From the NCBI GenBank assembly GCA_016875215.1, contig VGRX01000003.1, forward strand, positions 4,018 through 68,017: a DNA stretch of 64,000 bases, written 5' to 3'. A model generated the notes under the pieces. That model did not search any database. It saw nothing but the letters and a program-made list of their open reading frames with translations, and had not been told where the DNA came from. The translations under genes and the position numbers were made by a program. This document shows, one piece after another, positions 54,476 through 64,000 of this stretch (position 1 is the stretch's first letter; every line of letters begins with the position of its first letter). The stretch is from Deltaproteobacteria bacterium. GTDB taxonomy: Bacteria; Myxococcota_A; UBA9042; CAIXZC01.

Positions 54476-57400
54476 ATGAAGTCGGGCATGTCTTTCAAAG
54501 GGTTGACTGGGGTGTTGGGGCTGCTGCTGATGGTCAGCGCGTGCGCCACCGAGGTCGGTGACATCGACCGCACGAGCCCGGACAAGATCCGCAAGGCGGA
54601 CCTGAAGGGGTACTGGTACTACGCTGCCACCGTCATCGAGGCGCCGGTGCCTTCGCCGGTGACGTTCGACGGGGAGATGGCGTACTTCCCCGGACCGACC
54701 AAGGTGATCTTCGACATCCAGGAGGACTTCCTGGTGGTGTACCCCACCGCTGAGCTGATTGCGGCAGGGGCGGAGAAGGGGTGGCACACCAAGAAGATCC
54801 GGAACTACTGGGACGAGGGCAAGTCGGAGGAGTTCGTCGAGATGTACGTCGGTCAGCCCATTGCCGCGTTCAAGATCTCGAAGCACTTCGACGTGATCCG
54901 GCAGTACAACGCCCAGACCGGCGACCAGAGCAACGTGATCGTGGAGGACACGTCGGACAACAAGTGGTTCGAGCGCGAGTACATCCGCGTGGACTGGGCC
55001 TCGAACGACGTGAAGGACCTCCTGTTCCTGGCCGGGACCGGCATGAGCGGCGTGGACTACTACGTCCAGGAGTACGAGACGGACAACCCGGACCGCTTCG
55101 AGCTCGACGAGCAGGCGATCAACATCGTGACCAAGGTCTACATGGAGCCCAACTCGCCCGAGGCATGCAGCGTCTACCTCATTGCCCCGACCGACTGCGT
55201 GGGTGCGGTGGCCAAGGTGCGCCACTCCTTCCTGAAGGTCGACCCGAACGGCGACTACGTCCCGATGCGGTACGACCAGATCAACCACATGGAGAACTTC
55301 GGGTTCTTCCTGACCGAGCGCAACGGCTACGACCATGAGCCCCGACTCGTGTACTCGGCCAAGATCAGCCTGATCAACCGTTGGAACATGTGGAAGAACT
55401 CCCGTTCGTCCACTGCGATCCTGGACGAGAACGGCCAGCAGATCGGTTGCGAGCAGGACGTCGATTGCGAAGGGCTGCACGAAGGCAAGGTCCACTGCTG
55501 GCTGGATGACGGCTGGTTCTCGAAGGGGCACTGCGTGACGTGGGATTCCCTCCCTCCGCATCAGCGGGAGCCCAAGACGATCCGCTACTGGATCTCCCCC
55601 GACTGGCCGGCGGAGCTGCTGCACTCCGCGTACGAGTCCGCGGATCAGTGGGATTCCGCGTTCAAGGATGCCGTCGCCTGGTCCCAGTTCTACAGCGAGA
55701 AGGGGCTCTACGACGTCAAGTACTGCGAGACGAACGACGATTGCACGTCGGACGCCATCCTCGACATCTACTATCCGGACACGCACCCGCGCTACTGCGA
55801 CCCGGATGCCGAGAAGATCGCTGCGGAAAAGGACAAGCTGTGCCTCTACCTGGTCCCGTCTGCCGAGAAGGCCAACCAGCAGTGCACGGACGAGGGGTAC
55901 TGCGGTGCGCCGGTGCTGTGCGGCAAGAATGCGCCGTGCCCGCTCGACCAGGCCTGCCTGTCCGGCATCTGCCATGCCTGCCCGGCCGGCAACTGCGATC
56001 CGAAGAACTCCACCGGGTGGGAGAAGCAGTTCAAGGTCCGGATGGACAAGGGCGTGTTCACCCTGTACTGGCTCAGGGAGCTGGTCAAGCAGGAGGACGG
56101 CAAAGGCAAGTACGTGGACCACTTCCGCCGCGGGGTGGATGACTGGATCGGCGGCCTGGGCGGCGGAGAGACCCGCATCGCACTGGCCCACCTGAACAAG
56201 AGCATCGGCGACGTGAAGATCCTGGACGAGAACGGCAAGAGCGTGTGCCAGAATGCCGACGGGTCGGACATGCTCTTCTCCTATCAGGAGGCCGAGCTGT
56301 TCAAGACCCATGGCTGCAAGATGCTGCTGCCGCTCAACGAGAAGGACGTGCCGCAGCCGATGACCCGGAACTTCACCGTGATCACCAAGGACGGCATCAA
56401 GGTCGGCCAGGTCAACTTCGTGCACATGATCGGCCAGTCGGTCCACACCCTGGCGTTCATCGGCGACGAGAACGGCAGCAGCTACGTGCTGCACGCCTCC
56501 TCGACCATCGAGGCCACGGCCCGCGGCGGGATGCGTCTGGCCCACGCCAACCCCGGCAAGGGCGCAGTCGACTTTTCCGTCACCGGAGCTCTTTCGGGCC
56601 GCAACGTCACGTTCGGCCAGTTCACCCAGTATGCGCACGTGACCCAGGAAGAGAACCGCGTCGTGGTGCTCCCCGCCGGGGCCAACGGCGAGATCACCTG
56701 CTACCGGGACCATGCCCAGGACGCGGGCGTGTGCACCGGCTGGAAGCCGGAGCTGACCGCGGAAGACCTTGCGCGGGAGAAAGAGATCCACGACAGCCTG
56801 CCATCCATGTTCGCTGTGTGCGAGAACGTCTACGCCGGCGATTTCTGCACCGAGGAGGAGAAGACGGCCCCCTGGGACGACCCTGAGGGCAAAGCCAAGA
56901 TCCTTAAGAAGAGTATGCTCAACGACTGCCGCTACTGGTACCAGAAGGCGGATGGCGAGTGGGCCAACCCGTGCGGCGAGGTCGAGGGCGCGGATGAGTT
57001 GAAGAAGCACGGAGACCTGCGCTACAGCAGCTTCTACTGGATCTCGGAAGACCAGACCGCGTCGCCGCTGGGCTACGGCCCGAGCGCTGCCGACCCGGAC
57101 ACCGGCGAGATCTACTACGGAATCGCCAACATCTACGGCGCTCCGATGATCAGCTACGGCCAGTATGCCAAGGACCTGCTCGACGCGGCCAAGGGCAAGC
57201 TGACCAAGGGCAACATCATGTCGGGTGACTACATCGCCCAGTACATCCAGGCCAAGGGCAACCCTTCCGCGTACGAGAGCCTGTTTGCTCCTCTTCCTTC
57301 CAAGGATGTCCTCAAGACGAGGGTCGAACGGATAGGCAAGGTGCGGCCGCCGGTCCAGCGTTTCTGGATGACGTCGCAGGAGCAGGCCGACTTCGACGAG

Positions 57401-60175
57401 CTGAAGAAGGATCCCGGATTCGTGCACATGATGACTCATCCGCGTGAAACCATGAAGAAGACCATGGCCGCGCTGCCGCCGGCGATGGAGCCGGAGCAGC
57501 TCCTTGCCCGGTTCGGCAAGGTCGCGGGCACCTGGCTCGAGAACCTCATGATCACGGAGGAGGTCAAGCAGATCGCTGCGGGCGGGAGCCTCGAGGGAAT
57601 GGTGCTCACCGCCGAGGACATGAAGCAGCTTTCGCCGGTCCAGTGGGCCTCGCCGGATCGGCTGAAGAAGGAGCGGGAACGGCTCACCCGGCTTGCGGAG
57701 ACCGGCTGCTACTACGCGCAGGAGATGGTGGAGCCCAACGTCTTTGCCACGGCCCTCTCGGTCGAGGAGTTCTGCAAGGACGCCAAGAACCAGGAGTTCT
57801 ACGGCGGCAGCGAGGACGAATGCCAGGTTTGGGAGATCACCAAGCGCATGCTCGACGGCGTGCTGGAGCACGAGATCGGCCACACCATCGGCCTGCGCCA
57901 CAACATGGCCGCATCGACCGACGTCTTCAATTACCAGGACGAGTACTACGACATCCGCGAGAAGGACTACCGCACGTGCACGCTGGAGGGCAACAACGGC
58001 TGCTTCCACGGCGACACCTGCAAGCTCAAGTGCGTGGATGAGAAGGACTGCATGCCCGGCACGGTCTGCACCGAGCTGGCCGTGGACGGAGAGGACGAGC
58101 CGGTCAAGGCCTGCGTGGACCAGCACGGGGAGCCGCTGGGCTGGTGCTGGGGCACCCGCAAGCAGTTCGTGGATTGCACAGCGGATGCGGACTGCGGCCA
58201 GCTCGGCCAGGCCCGCTGCCGCATCCGGGCCGAGGAGAAGTTCGGGAAGTGCGAGGTCGTTGCGAACGCCAAGGTCCTGGGCGTCTGCCCGCCCAACACG
58301 TTCGAGATCGACGGCAACTGCCAGTCCTCCGACTACTGCAAGGAGCTCAAGGACGGAACGGGCGTCTGCGCCCTGGACGGCAGCCGGACCTGCGACCCCA
58401 AGGGCAAGGAGAACACCTGCGCCCAGGTCTACACCCTGTTCTACAAGGAGGAATACGGTCCGGTCATGGGCTTCAACGTCCGCCCGGGCCAGACCGAGTC
58501 CGAGATTCTCAAGGGCCGTTCGGAGTACACCTACTCGACCCTCATGGACTACGGTGGAACGGTCAACTTCGACATCCACGGCATCGGCAAGCACGACCGG
58601 GCCGCGATCCGGTTCGGATATGCCGAGCTGGCCGACGCGTACGTGGACGTGGACCGGCTGTACGAGGAGATGGAGGACGTCGGCGAGCTGTGGGGTGACA
58701 AGTACGGCTGGTCCGGTGCCTTCATGGATTCGGAGTTCTGGCCCGACTTCTACTGGTGGTCGCCGTTCTTCTACCTGGAGGACTTCATCGGCGTAAAGGA
58801 GAACCTCGAGCGCGTCCCGGTCCCGTTCCGCAAGGCGCTCAACGAGAAGACCATGCTCATGTCGGAGGACCGCGGGCTGTACGATACCACCTACCGGCTC
58901 GTTCCCTGGGTGATGATGACCGACGGCTGGGTCGGGTCGCTCGGCACCTACACGTTCGACGTCGGAGCGGACCTGGGCGAGATCATGGACCACTCCTGGA
59001 ACAAGCTGATGGAGTACTACATCTTCGACGCGTTCAAGCGGGAGCGCTGGGGGGCCTACCGCGGGGCCAATCCGCTGGGCTACTTCATGCGCATCCGGGA
59101 CCGCTGGTTCCCGCCGATCGAGGATGCCGGCCGGTTCGGCGCCATGTTCCGGTTCTCCTGGCGTCCTTATGCCAATACGCTGATGCCGATCCTCTACGGC
59201 AACTCCCAGTGGATGGGGCGCTGGGACAGGTGGGCCGAGGACGCGGCCCGGAAGCTGGCCACGCTCCTGTTCACCGTGAAGCCCGGTTCGTACAAGCTGG
59301 TTGATGCCGGCCTGCCGACGGAGCGCTATGCCAACTTCGACTACGAGCCCGGCACAGAGGACAGCGAGCTGGACGTGCTCATCGGTCCGGGCAAGTTCCC
59401 GTACACCACCTTCTGGAAGGATGCGGGCTACTACTACTTCGACCACGCGGCGTTCATCGGCTCCTTCTGGGAGAAGCTGGCTGCCCTCGGGGCGCTGACC
59501 TACTCAATGGGCTACTTCCTCGGCGAGTACATGAGCGAGCAGATCGATGTGGGCGTGGGCTCGAGCATCGGGTTCAACACCATCTACTACACGGAGCTGA
59601 CGAACGTCCTGGCCGGCTTCATCGTCGGGGACCTCGAGCGGTACGCACCTTATGTCGAGGGCGGCCAGATGCAGTTCCTGGATCCCCTCCGCCCGTGGGA
59701 AGGCATGGGGATGCCCCGTGTCGAGACCAGCCTCGAGACGTTGGCCATGAAGGCCTACATCGGCATGTACGGATTCGCCTTCATGCCCTCCGGCTTCGAC
59801 CCCGGCTTCATCGACTCCCTCTCCATCTGCCTCAAGGGGAACGGAAGCTGCTGGAACGTCTGCAAGATCTGGAAAGACGGCGTCTGCGTCGAGGCCCTGG
59901 GCGAAGGGGAGGAGGCCGACTGGACGATCGACGTCATCGAGTTCTTCGACCCGTGGACCAAGAAGACCTACGTCGCACGCACCACCAACTACGACCCCGG
60001 CCGCATGAATGCTGCCTACGAGCTGCTGCTCGAGGCCAACGACCTGAAGGCGGAATGGGAAGCTGCTCCGGACGACGCTGCAAAGCAGGCTCTGGTCAAG
60101 CGGCTCAATGATGTTCGAGAAGTCATTGACATGATCTACACGTACAATGAATTGTACGGCTTCGTCCAATTCTAG
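54476..60175 (+). CDS. Giant (1899 aa) secreted lipoprotein zinc metalloprotease, HExxHxxGxxHN metzincin-like (DUF4953/DUF5117-type) with Cys-rich insertions
   Basis: Start ATG 54476 (RBS AAGGAGGG), lipobox LMVSAC; zinc motif HEIGHTIGLRHN; EGF-like Cys clusters. Confidence 0.85.
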   Translation: MKSGMSFKGLTGVLGLLLMVSACATEVGDIDRTSPDKIRKADLKGYWYYAATVIEAPVPSPVTFDGEMAYFPGPTKVIFDIQEDFLVVYPTAELIAAGAEKGWHTKKIRNYWDEGKSEEFVEMYVGQPIAAFKISKHFDVIRQYNAQTGDQSNVIVEDTSDNKWFEREYIRVDWASNDVKDLLFLAGTGMSGVDYYVQEYETDNPDRFELDEQAINIVTKVYMEPNSPEACSVYLIAPTDCVGAVAKVRHSFLKVDPNGDYVPMRYDQINHMENFGFFLTERNGYDHEPRLVYSAKISLINRWNMWKNSRSSTAILDENGQQIGCEQDVDCEGLHEGKVHCWLDDGWFSKGHCVTWDSLPPHQREPKTIRYWISPDWPAELLHSAYESADQWDSAFKDAVAWSQFYSEKGLYDVKYCETNDDCTSDAILDIYYPDTHPRYCDPDAEKIAAEKDKLCLYLVPSAEKANQQCTDEGYCGAPVLCGKNAPCPLDQACLSGICHACPAGNCDPKNSTGWEKQFKVRMDKGVFTLYWLRELVKQEDGKGKYVDHFRRGVDDWIGGLGGGETRIALAHLNKSIGDVKILDENGKSVCQNADGSDMLFSYQEAELFKTHGCKMLLPLNEKDVPQPMTRNFTVITKDGIKVGQVNFVHMIGQSVHTLAFIGDENGSSYVLHASSTIEATARGGMRLAHANPGKGAVDFSVTGALSGRNVTFGQFTQYAHVTQEENRVVVLPAGANGEITCYRDHAQDAGVCTGWKPELTAEDLAREKEIHDSLPSMFAVCENVYAGDFCTEEEKTAPWDDPEGKAKILKKSMLNDCRYWYQKADGEWANPCGEVEGADELKKHGDLRYSSFYWISEDQTASPLGYGPSAADPDTGEIYYGIANIYGAPMISYGQYAKDLLDAAKGKLTKGNIMSGDYIAQYIQAKGNPSAYESLFAPLPSKDVLKTRVERIGKVRPPVQRFWMTSQEQADFDELKKDPGFVHMMTHPRETMKKTMAALPPAMEPEQLLARFGKVAGTWLENLMITEEVKQIAAGGSLEGMVLTAEDMKQLSPVQWASPDRLKKERERLTRLAETGCYYAQEMVEPNVFATALSVEEFCKDAKNQEFYGGSEDECQVWEITKRMLDGVLEHEIGHTIGLRHNMAASTDVFNYQDEYYDIREKDYRTCTLEGNNGCFHGDTCKLKCVDEKDCMPGTVCTELAVDGEDEPVKACVDQHGEPLGWCWGTRKQFVDCTADADCGQLGQARCRIRAEEKFGKCEVVANAKVLGVCPPNTFEIDGNCQSSDYCKELKDGTGVCALDGSRTCDPKGKENTCAQVYTLFYKEEYGPVMGFNVRPGQTESEILKGRSEYTYSTLMDYGGTVNFDIHGIGKHDRAAIRFGYAELADAYVDVDRLYEEMEDVGELWGDKYGWSGAFMDSEFWPDFYWWSPFFYLEDFIGVKENLERVPVPFRKALNEKTMLMSEDRGLYDTTYRLVPWVMMTDGWVGSLGTYTFDVGADLGEIMDHSWNKLMEYYIFDAFKRERWGAYRGANPLGYFMRIRDRWFPPIEDAGRFGAMFRFSWRPYANTLMPILYGNSQWMGRWDRWAEDAARKLATLLFTVKPGSYKLVDAGLPTERYANFDYEPGTEDSELDVLIGPGKFPYTTFWKDAGYYYFDHAAFIGSFWEKLAALGALTYSMGYFLGEYMSEQIDVGVGSSIGFNTIYYTELTNVLAGFIVGDLERYAPYVEGGQMQFLDPLRPWEGMGMPRVETSLETLAMKAYIGMYGFAFMPSGFDPGFIDSLSICLKGNGSCWNVCKIWKDGVCVEALGEGEEADWTIDVIEFFDPWTKKTYVARTTNYDPGRMNAAYELLLEANDLKAEWEAAPDDAAKQALVKRLNDVREVIDMIYTYNELYGFVQF

Positions 60176-60191
60176 GGGGCAGGAGGAAACC

Positions 60192-63100
60192 ATGAAGACT
60201 ACCATGCACGACAGCTTCAGGATGTTCTCGGTGGCCCTCTTCGTGTCCCTGGCCCTTCTGGCCGGCTGCGCACAGGATTTGGGCGAGATCGACCGCACGC
60301 AGGCGAACTACATCGCCAAGCACGATCTGGAAGGGGAGTGGTACTTCCAGCGCACCACGGTGGAAGCACCGTACGCCTCCGCGTTCACGTTCATCGGAGA
60401 CCAGGGCAAGCTCGAGCGGGGCACCTTCGAGATCCAGGAGGGCTCGCTCAACTTCTACTGCACCTACGAGTTCTCGCAGTTCAGCCAGACCATCGGGCTC
60501 AAGGCCGACACCGACGTGCCCTATCTGGCCTGGCTGGCGGAAGACGAGAAGAACTACACCCCGAACCCCTACCAGTCCCGGGGGATGAAGTTCGCGGAAG
60601 GGACGGTCATGGTCGGCAAGGACGGCAAGGGGATCGCGTGTGCGGAGCAGAAGGCCGACGGCGGCACCATGCACGAGTTCTGCCAGGCGCAGACCTCCAG
60701 CGCGATGTCGTATTGCGGTCACGAGGCGGGGACGGCCCATGCGGAACGGACGCGGGCGGGCGCGGTGTGCGTGCGCCCGACGCGGTACATCTTCAAGGGG
60801 GCCCCCTTGGCCGTGTACCCGATCGAGGACCATTTCGACCTCAAGTACGACTACAACACCGGCACCGGGGAACCCACCAACGTGCTCGAGGAGAACAGCT
60901 CGGACCGCTACTGGTACGAGCGCGAGTTCGTCCGAGTCGACTGGTCCGATTCCCAGGTTCCCAACTACGAGTTCTCCCTTTCCGGCGTCATGAAGCAGCA
61001 GATGAGGGACTGGGAGGTCACGCAGGACATCGTCATTTCGAGCTATGAGGGCGAAGCGGCCCCGGAGGAGGAGCAGTTCCGCATCTTCCGTGACGAGGCC
61101 GAGGTTCCGACCTACGTTGATTTCGTGAGCCGGCACATCCTGTCCGCGCCCAAGACCTTCTACGAGTATTGGCAGCAGGACGTCCCCATTTGCGTGTTCT
61201 ACCCGTTCTACCTGGGCGGCGTGTTCGAGTGCAACTCCGAGGAGATCAAGGTCAGGACCGCGTTCAGGAAGGTCGACCGGCAGGACGACTACGTCCCGGA
61301 GCAGTACGACGACCACCACATGGACAAGTTCGGCTACTTCCGCCAGGAGCGCCACTTCTATGACGAGCAGTACGAGAACACCTACACCGGCGTGATTCGC
61401 CACATCCAGCGCTGGGACATCTGGGATTCCCACCCGCTCAAGGAGGACGGAACGCCCGACTACGAGGAGATGAACCCGGTCCCGATCGTGTACTACCTGT
61501 CCGAGGGGTTCCCTCGCGACCTGGTTCCCGCAGCCAATGCGTTGGCCAAGGACTGGGCCCGTCCCTTCAACGAGGTCGTCGAGTTCCACAAGGGCAAGAC
61601 CGCGGTCCCGGCCGAGGGGATGTTCGTGCTGTGCGAGAACAACAATACCGAGGCCCAGGCGGCCCTCGCAGCGGGCCAGCCGGTCGCCCAGTACGAATCC
61701 GGGTACTGCAAGGACATGGACTACGTGAAGCGCGTCGGCGACATCCGCTACAGCTACCTGTTCTCGGTGAATCCTCCGACGGAGAACGGATTGCTCGGAT
61801 ACGGACCTTCCTCCGCGGACCCGCTTACCGGCAAGATCATCTCCGCCAACGCGTATGTGTACAATGCGAACGTCACGCTGCAGGCCAACCGGGCCGCGGA
61901 CCTTGTCGAGTTGATGGCGGGCTACATCGACCCCGTGGCCTACATCAACGGCCTCGACATCTCGCAGGGCAACACACCGGCTCTCATCCGCGTCGGGCAC
62001 AACCCGGCGCCGGCAAGCATCGCGGATGCCCGCTCCATGGTCTCCAACCTGGTGGAGCCGGCAGCAGCGGAGCGCCTCACCAACTTCGGCATCGAGAAGA
62101 CCGACCAGGACTGGGCGTTCATGCGCATGAGCATGATCAAGCAGAACCCCGAATTGGACAAGGCCATGATTTTCGATGCCATCCGGGTTCTGATGCGGGA
62201 CCCCGCTGCGTTCGAGACGTCAGAGCTGACCGAGAAGGACTACGAGCGCATGGCTTTGCGCAACTGGGCCAACAACCGGGGCATCGAGAAGCAGCGCGAA
62301 CTCCTCCAGGCGTATTCGAAGGAGCAGTGCCTCTACAGGGTCGAGTTCACCGATGCTGCCATCGTCGGCGTTGCGAAGGAATGGACCGACCGATTCAACC
62401 AGGAGCTGTGCGGTGCGGTCGTCGATGCCATGCTGGACGGCCAGGAGCTGGCGTTCGACCTCGCGGACTTCAACGTGGTCAAGGATGGCTGCACCAAGGA
62501 GCAGGAAGGGCAACTCCGTCCGTTCGGGGAGGCTCCCAAGCTGTACCTGTGGCGGGAATACAGCCCGAAGTACCCGGCCCCTGGCGATACCTGCATGTTC
62601 GTGTCGCAGGGCGCGGTCGAGGGATACTACTGGGTCAACACCTGCACTGCGGCCAAGCTGGCGCAGCAGGTGGCCCACAAGCTCCAGTACACCGAGCTCG
62701 GCAACCAACTCGAGCACTGGATCCCGTCCGCGTGGTTCTCGGATACCAAGGACCCGCTGGTCGCAAAGACCCAGAAGTTCATCCGGGGAATCGCTGACGG
62801 TATCCGGGCGGAAATGATCAAGGAGTTCCGCGAGCGGATCTACCTCTCGGTGGCCACCCACGAAGTCGGCCACACGTTGGGCCTGCGCCACAACTTCGAG
62901 GCGTCGACCGATGCCATGAACTTCCCGGAGGAGTACTGGGAGCACAAGGTGGCACTCTCCTCGGACGGGAAGTCCTGGCTCCCCGTGAACCTCTTCGGAA
63001 GGGAGACTGAGCTCCAGAAGAACAACTCCATGCGCATGCTGCAGTACTCGTCGATCATGGACTATGGCGCCAAGTTCAACGACCTGTGGCACGGTATCGG

Positions 63101-64000
63101 CCTGTATGACGAGTCCGCGATCAAGTTCGGCTACGGTGGGCTGGTCCGGGTTTTCAAGGTATTCCAGGAGAAGCCCGCTCTGCTCAAGGACTGGGAGCCC
63201 TATCTGGCCAACCCGGAGGACGAAGGTCTGCACGGCACTTCTTCGTCGCTGCGCGCGGAGCCGGACCGTATCGAGGAGCTGTTCAAGCGGATCCACTATA
63301 CCCAGATCCCCAACGTGTTCGGCAGTCCGGGCACGGCCTATGATCGCGAGGACGTCAAGTTCTCGGAGGTCGTGGGAAAGAAGTGCGCCGGCGACGCGGA
63401 TTGCGGCGCTGACGCCGGGTGCACCGGGTGCACTGCGTGCCGGCAGCAGCTCGGGGCTTCCTACTGCTCCCCGCCTGACAAGGTCGAGGTGCCCTTCCGG
63501 TTCTGCTCGGATGAGTACGCGGGCAGGACGCCTTACTGCGACGTATGGGACCAGGGGGTGGATCCCTACGAGATCGTCCGCAACACGGTGGACGACTACT
63601 GGTGGTACTGGCCCATCTGGGGCTACTGGCGAAGCCGCATCACCTACCATTCCGACCTCTACGCCAACCGGATCATGTGGGCGTTCACCCGCATGAAGCA
63701 CCAGTTCCAGTGGTGGGGCATCAACTACATGCGCTTCAACGTCATCACTCCGGAGTACCCGGAAGGCTGGTGGAAGGGGAAGTTCGGAATCGAGTGGGAC
63801 AAGGACCTGAACGGCGGTCTCACCGGCGCCATGGCAACCAACGAAGCCTTCAACACCCTGGTCAACACCTTCGCAATCCCGTCCGGGGACGGCGCCGGCG
63901 GGTACGTCTACCCGTTCGGCTTCAACACGGAGACCGATCGGTACGAAAAGGACACGGCGTTTGCCACGAAGCTGACCAAGACCTTCGTGCTCGAAGAGGA
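60192..64000 (+). CDS. Second giant lipoprotein zinc metalloprotease, paralog of the preceding gene (3' partial, runs off window end)
   Basis: RBS AGGAGGAAACC-ATG 60192, lipobox LLAGC, HEVGHTLGLRHN; N-terminal 120 aa align with previous gene; frame open to window end. Confidence 0.85.
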   Translation, partial: MKTTMHDSFRMFSVALFVSLALLAGCAQDLGEIDRTQANYIAKHDLEGEWYFQRTTVEAPYASAFTFIGDQGKLERGTFEIQEGSLNFYCTYEFSQFSQTIGLKADTDVPYLAWLAEDEKNYTPNPYQSRGMKFAEGTVMVGKDGKGIACAEQKADGGTMHEFCQAQTSSAMSYCGHEAGTAHAERTRAGAVCVRPTRYIFKGAPLAVYPIEDHFDLKYDYNTGTGEPTNVLEENSSDRYWYEREFVRVDWSDSQVPNYEFSLSGVMKQQMRDWEVTQDIVISSYEGEAAPEEEQFRIFRDEAEVPTYVDFVSRHILSAPKTFYEYWQQDVPICVFYPFYLGGVFECNSEEIKVRTAFRKVDRQDDYVPEQYDDHHMDKFGYFRQERHFYDEQYENTYTGVIRHIQRWDIWDSHPLKEDGTPDYEEMNPVPIVYYLSEGFPRDLVPAANALAKDWARPFNEVVEFHKGKTAVPAEGMFVLCENNNTEAQAALAAGQPVAQYESGYCKDMDYVKRVGDIRYSYLFSVNPPTENGLLGYGPSSADPLTGKIISANAYVYNANVTLQANRAADLVELMAGYIDPVAYINGLDISQGNTPALIRVGHNPAPASIADARSMVSNLVEPAAAERLTNFGIEKTDQDWAFMRMSMIKQNPELDKAMIFDAIRVLMRDPAAFETSELTEKDYERMALRNWANNRGIEKQRELLQAYSKEQCLYRVEFTDAAIVGVAKEWTDRFNQELCGAVVDAMLDGQELAFDLADFNVVKDGCTKEQEGQLRPFGEAPKLYLWREYSPKYPAPGDTCMFVSQGAVEGYYWVNTCTAAKLAQQVAHKLQYTELGNQLEHWIPSAWFSDTKDPLVAKTQKFIRGIADGIRAEMIKEFRERIYLSVATHEVGHTLGLRHNFEASTDAMNFPEEYWEHKVALSSDGKSWLPVNLFGRETELQKNNSMRMLQYSSIMDYGAKFNDLWHGIGLYDESAIKFGYGGLVRVFKVFQEKPALLKDWEPYLANPEDEGLHGTSSSLRAEPDRIEELFKRIHYTQIPNVFGSPGTAYDREDVKFSEVVGKKCAGDADCGADAGCTGCTACRQQLGASYCSPPDKVEVPFRFCSDEYAGRTPYCDVWDQGVDPYEIVRNTVDDYWWYWPIWGYWRSRITYHSDLYANRIMWAFTRMKHQFQWWGINYMRFNVITPEYPEGWWKGKFGIEWDKDLNGGLTGAMATNEAFNTLVNTFAIPSGDGAGGYVYPFGFNTETDRYEKDTAFATKLTKTFVLEE

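Noticed and set aside
54344-59446. 1700-aa minus-strand ORF antisense to the giant metalloprotease, plus similar ORFs at 60123..62000 and 62220..63701
   Set aside because: Stop-codon depletion in high-GC antisense frames; the plus strand carries lipobox, HExxH motif and RBS
1-64000. Scan for tRNA/rRNA genes, IS elements, integrases or phage genes
   Set aside because: No T-loop-like GGTTCGAATCC-type sequences or cloverleaf candidates seen in intergenic gaps; no transposase or integrase motifs (DDE, tyrosine-recombinase R..HxxR..Y) recognised in any ORF

Overview
This is a 64 kb window of high-GC (~68-70%) bacterial chromosome, almost certainly Myxococcota. Three proteins carry a C-terminal MYXO-CTERM sorting signal, one has Myxococcus-type cysteine-rich repeats, lipoproteins are very abundant, and coding density is near 90%. 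All complete ORFs in the supplied six-frame track that I rechecked against the sequence line labels agreed; coordinates I set by hand are marked as such. Many long antisense ORFs are ordinary high-GC artefacts and were not called. I support about 45 protein-coding genes and found no rRNA, tRNA, CRISPR array or recognisable mobile element.

Housekeeping genes present are metG, rne, an S1 ribosomal protein (rpsA-like), ftsK, a mepA-like murein endopeptidase, galK with an adjacent sugar-1-P nucleotidyltransferase, a dnaJ/cbpA-family gene, a phaR-like regulator and a PpiD-like chaperone. Accessory content includes a hicB-hicA toxin-antitoxin pair, a MacB/LolD-like ABC ATPase with two FtsX permeases plus a LolA-like protein, an outer-membrane protein and an M48 peptidase, a response-regulator/GGDEF protein, a TLC-like (ATP/ADP translocase family) transporter, a DUF4105 protein, and many secreted or lipoproteins of unknown function.

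The features I consider most worth follow-up are listed below.
- A minus-strand radical-SAM cluster: an ArsP-like COG0701 permease, a heptamer tandem repeat, a NifU/IscU-like scaffold, and a radical SAM enzyme with twitch/SPASM-like C-terminal cysteines.
- A module of one outer-membrane barrel followed by two tandem paralogous giant (more than 1900 aa) HExxHxxGxxHN zinc-metalloprotease lipoproteins.
- Two otherwise intact reading frames interrupted by an in-frame TGA: rne codon 6, and a small ORF with a strong RBS whose TGA sits inside a hairpin.
- A perfect 24-bp x5 tandem repeat encoding His/Met-rich octapeptides.
- A duplicated ~45-nt segment carrying the 3' end of the M48 peptidase gene at a second locus 20 kb away.

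Every function was assigned by motif-level recognition from memory, with no database search.
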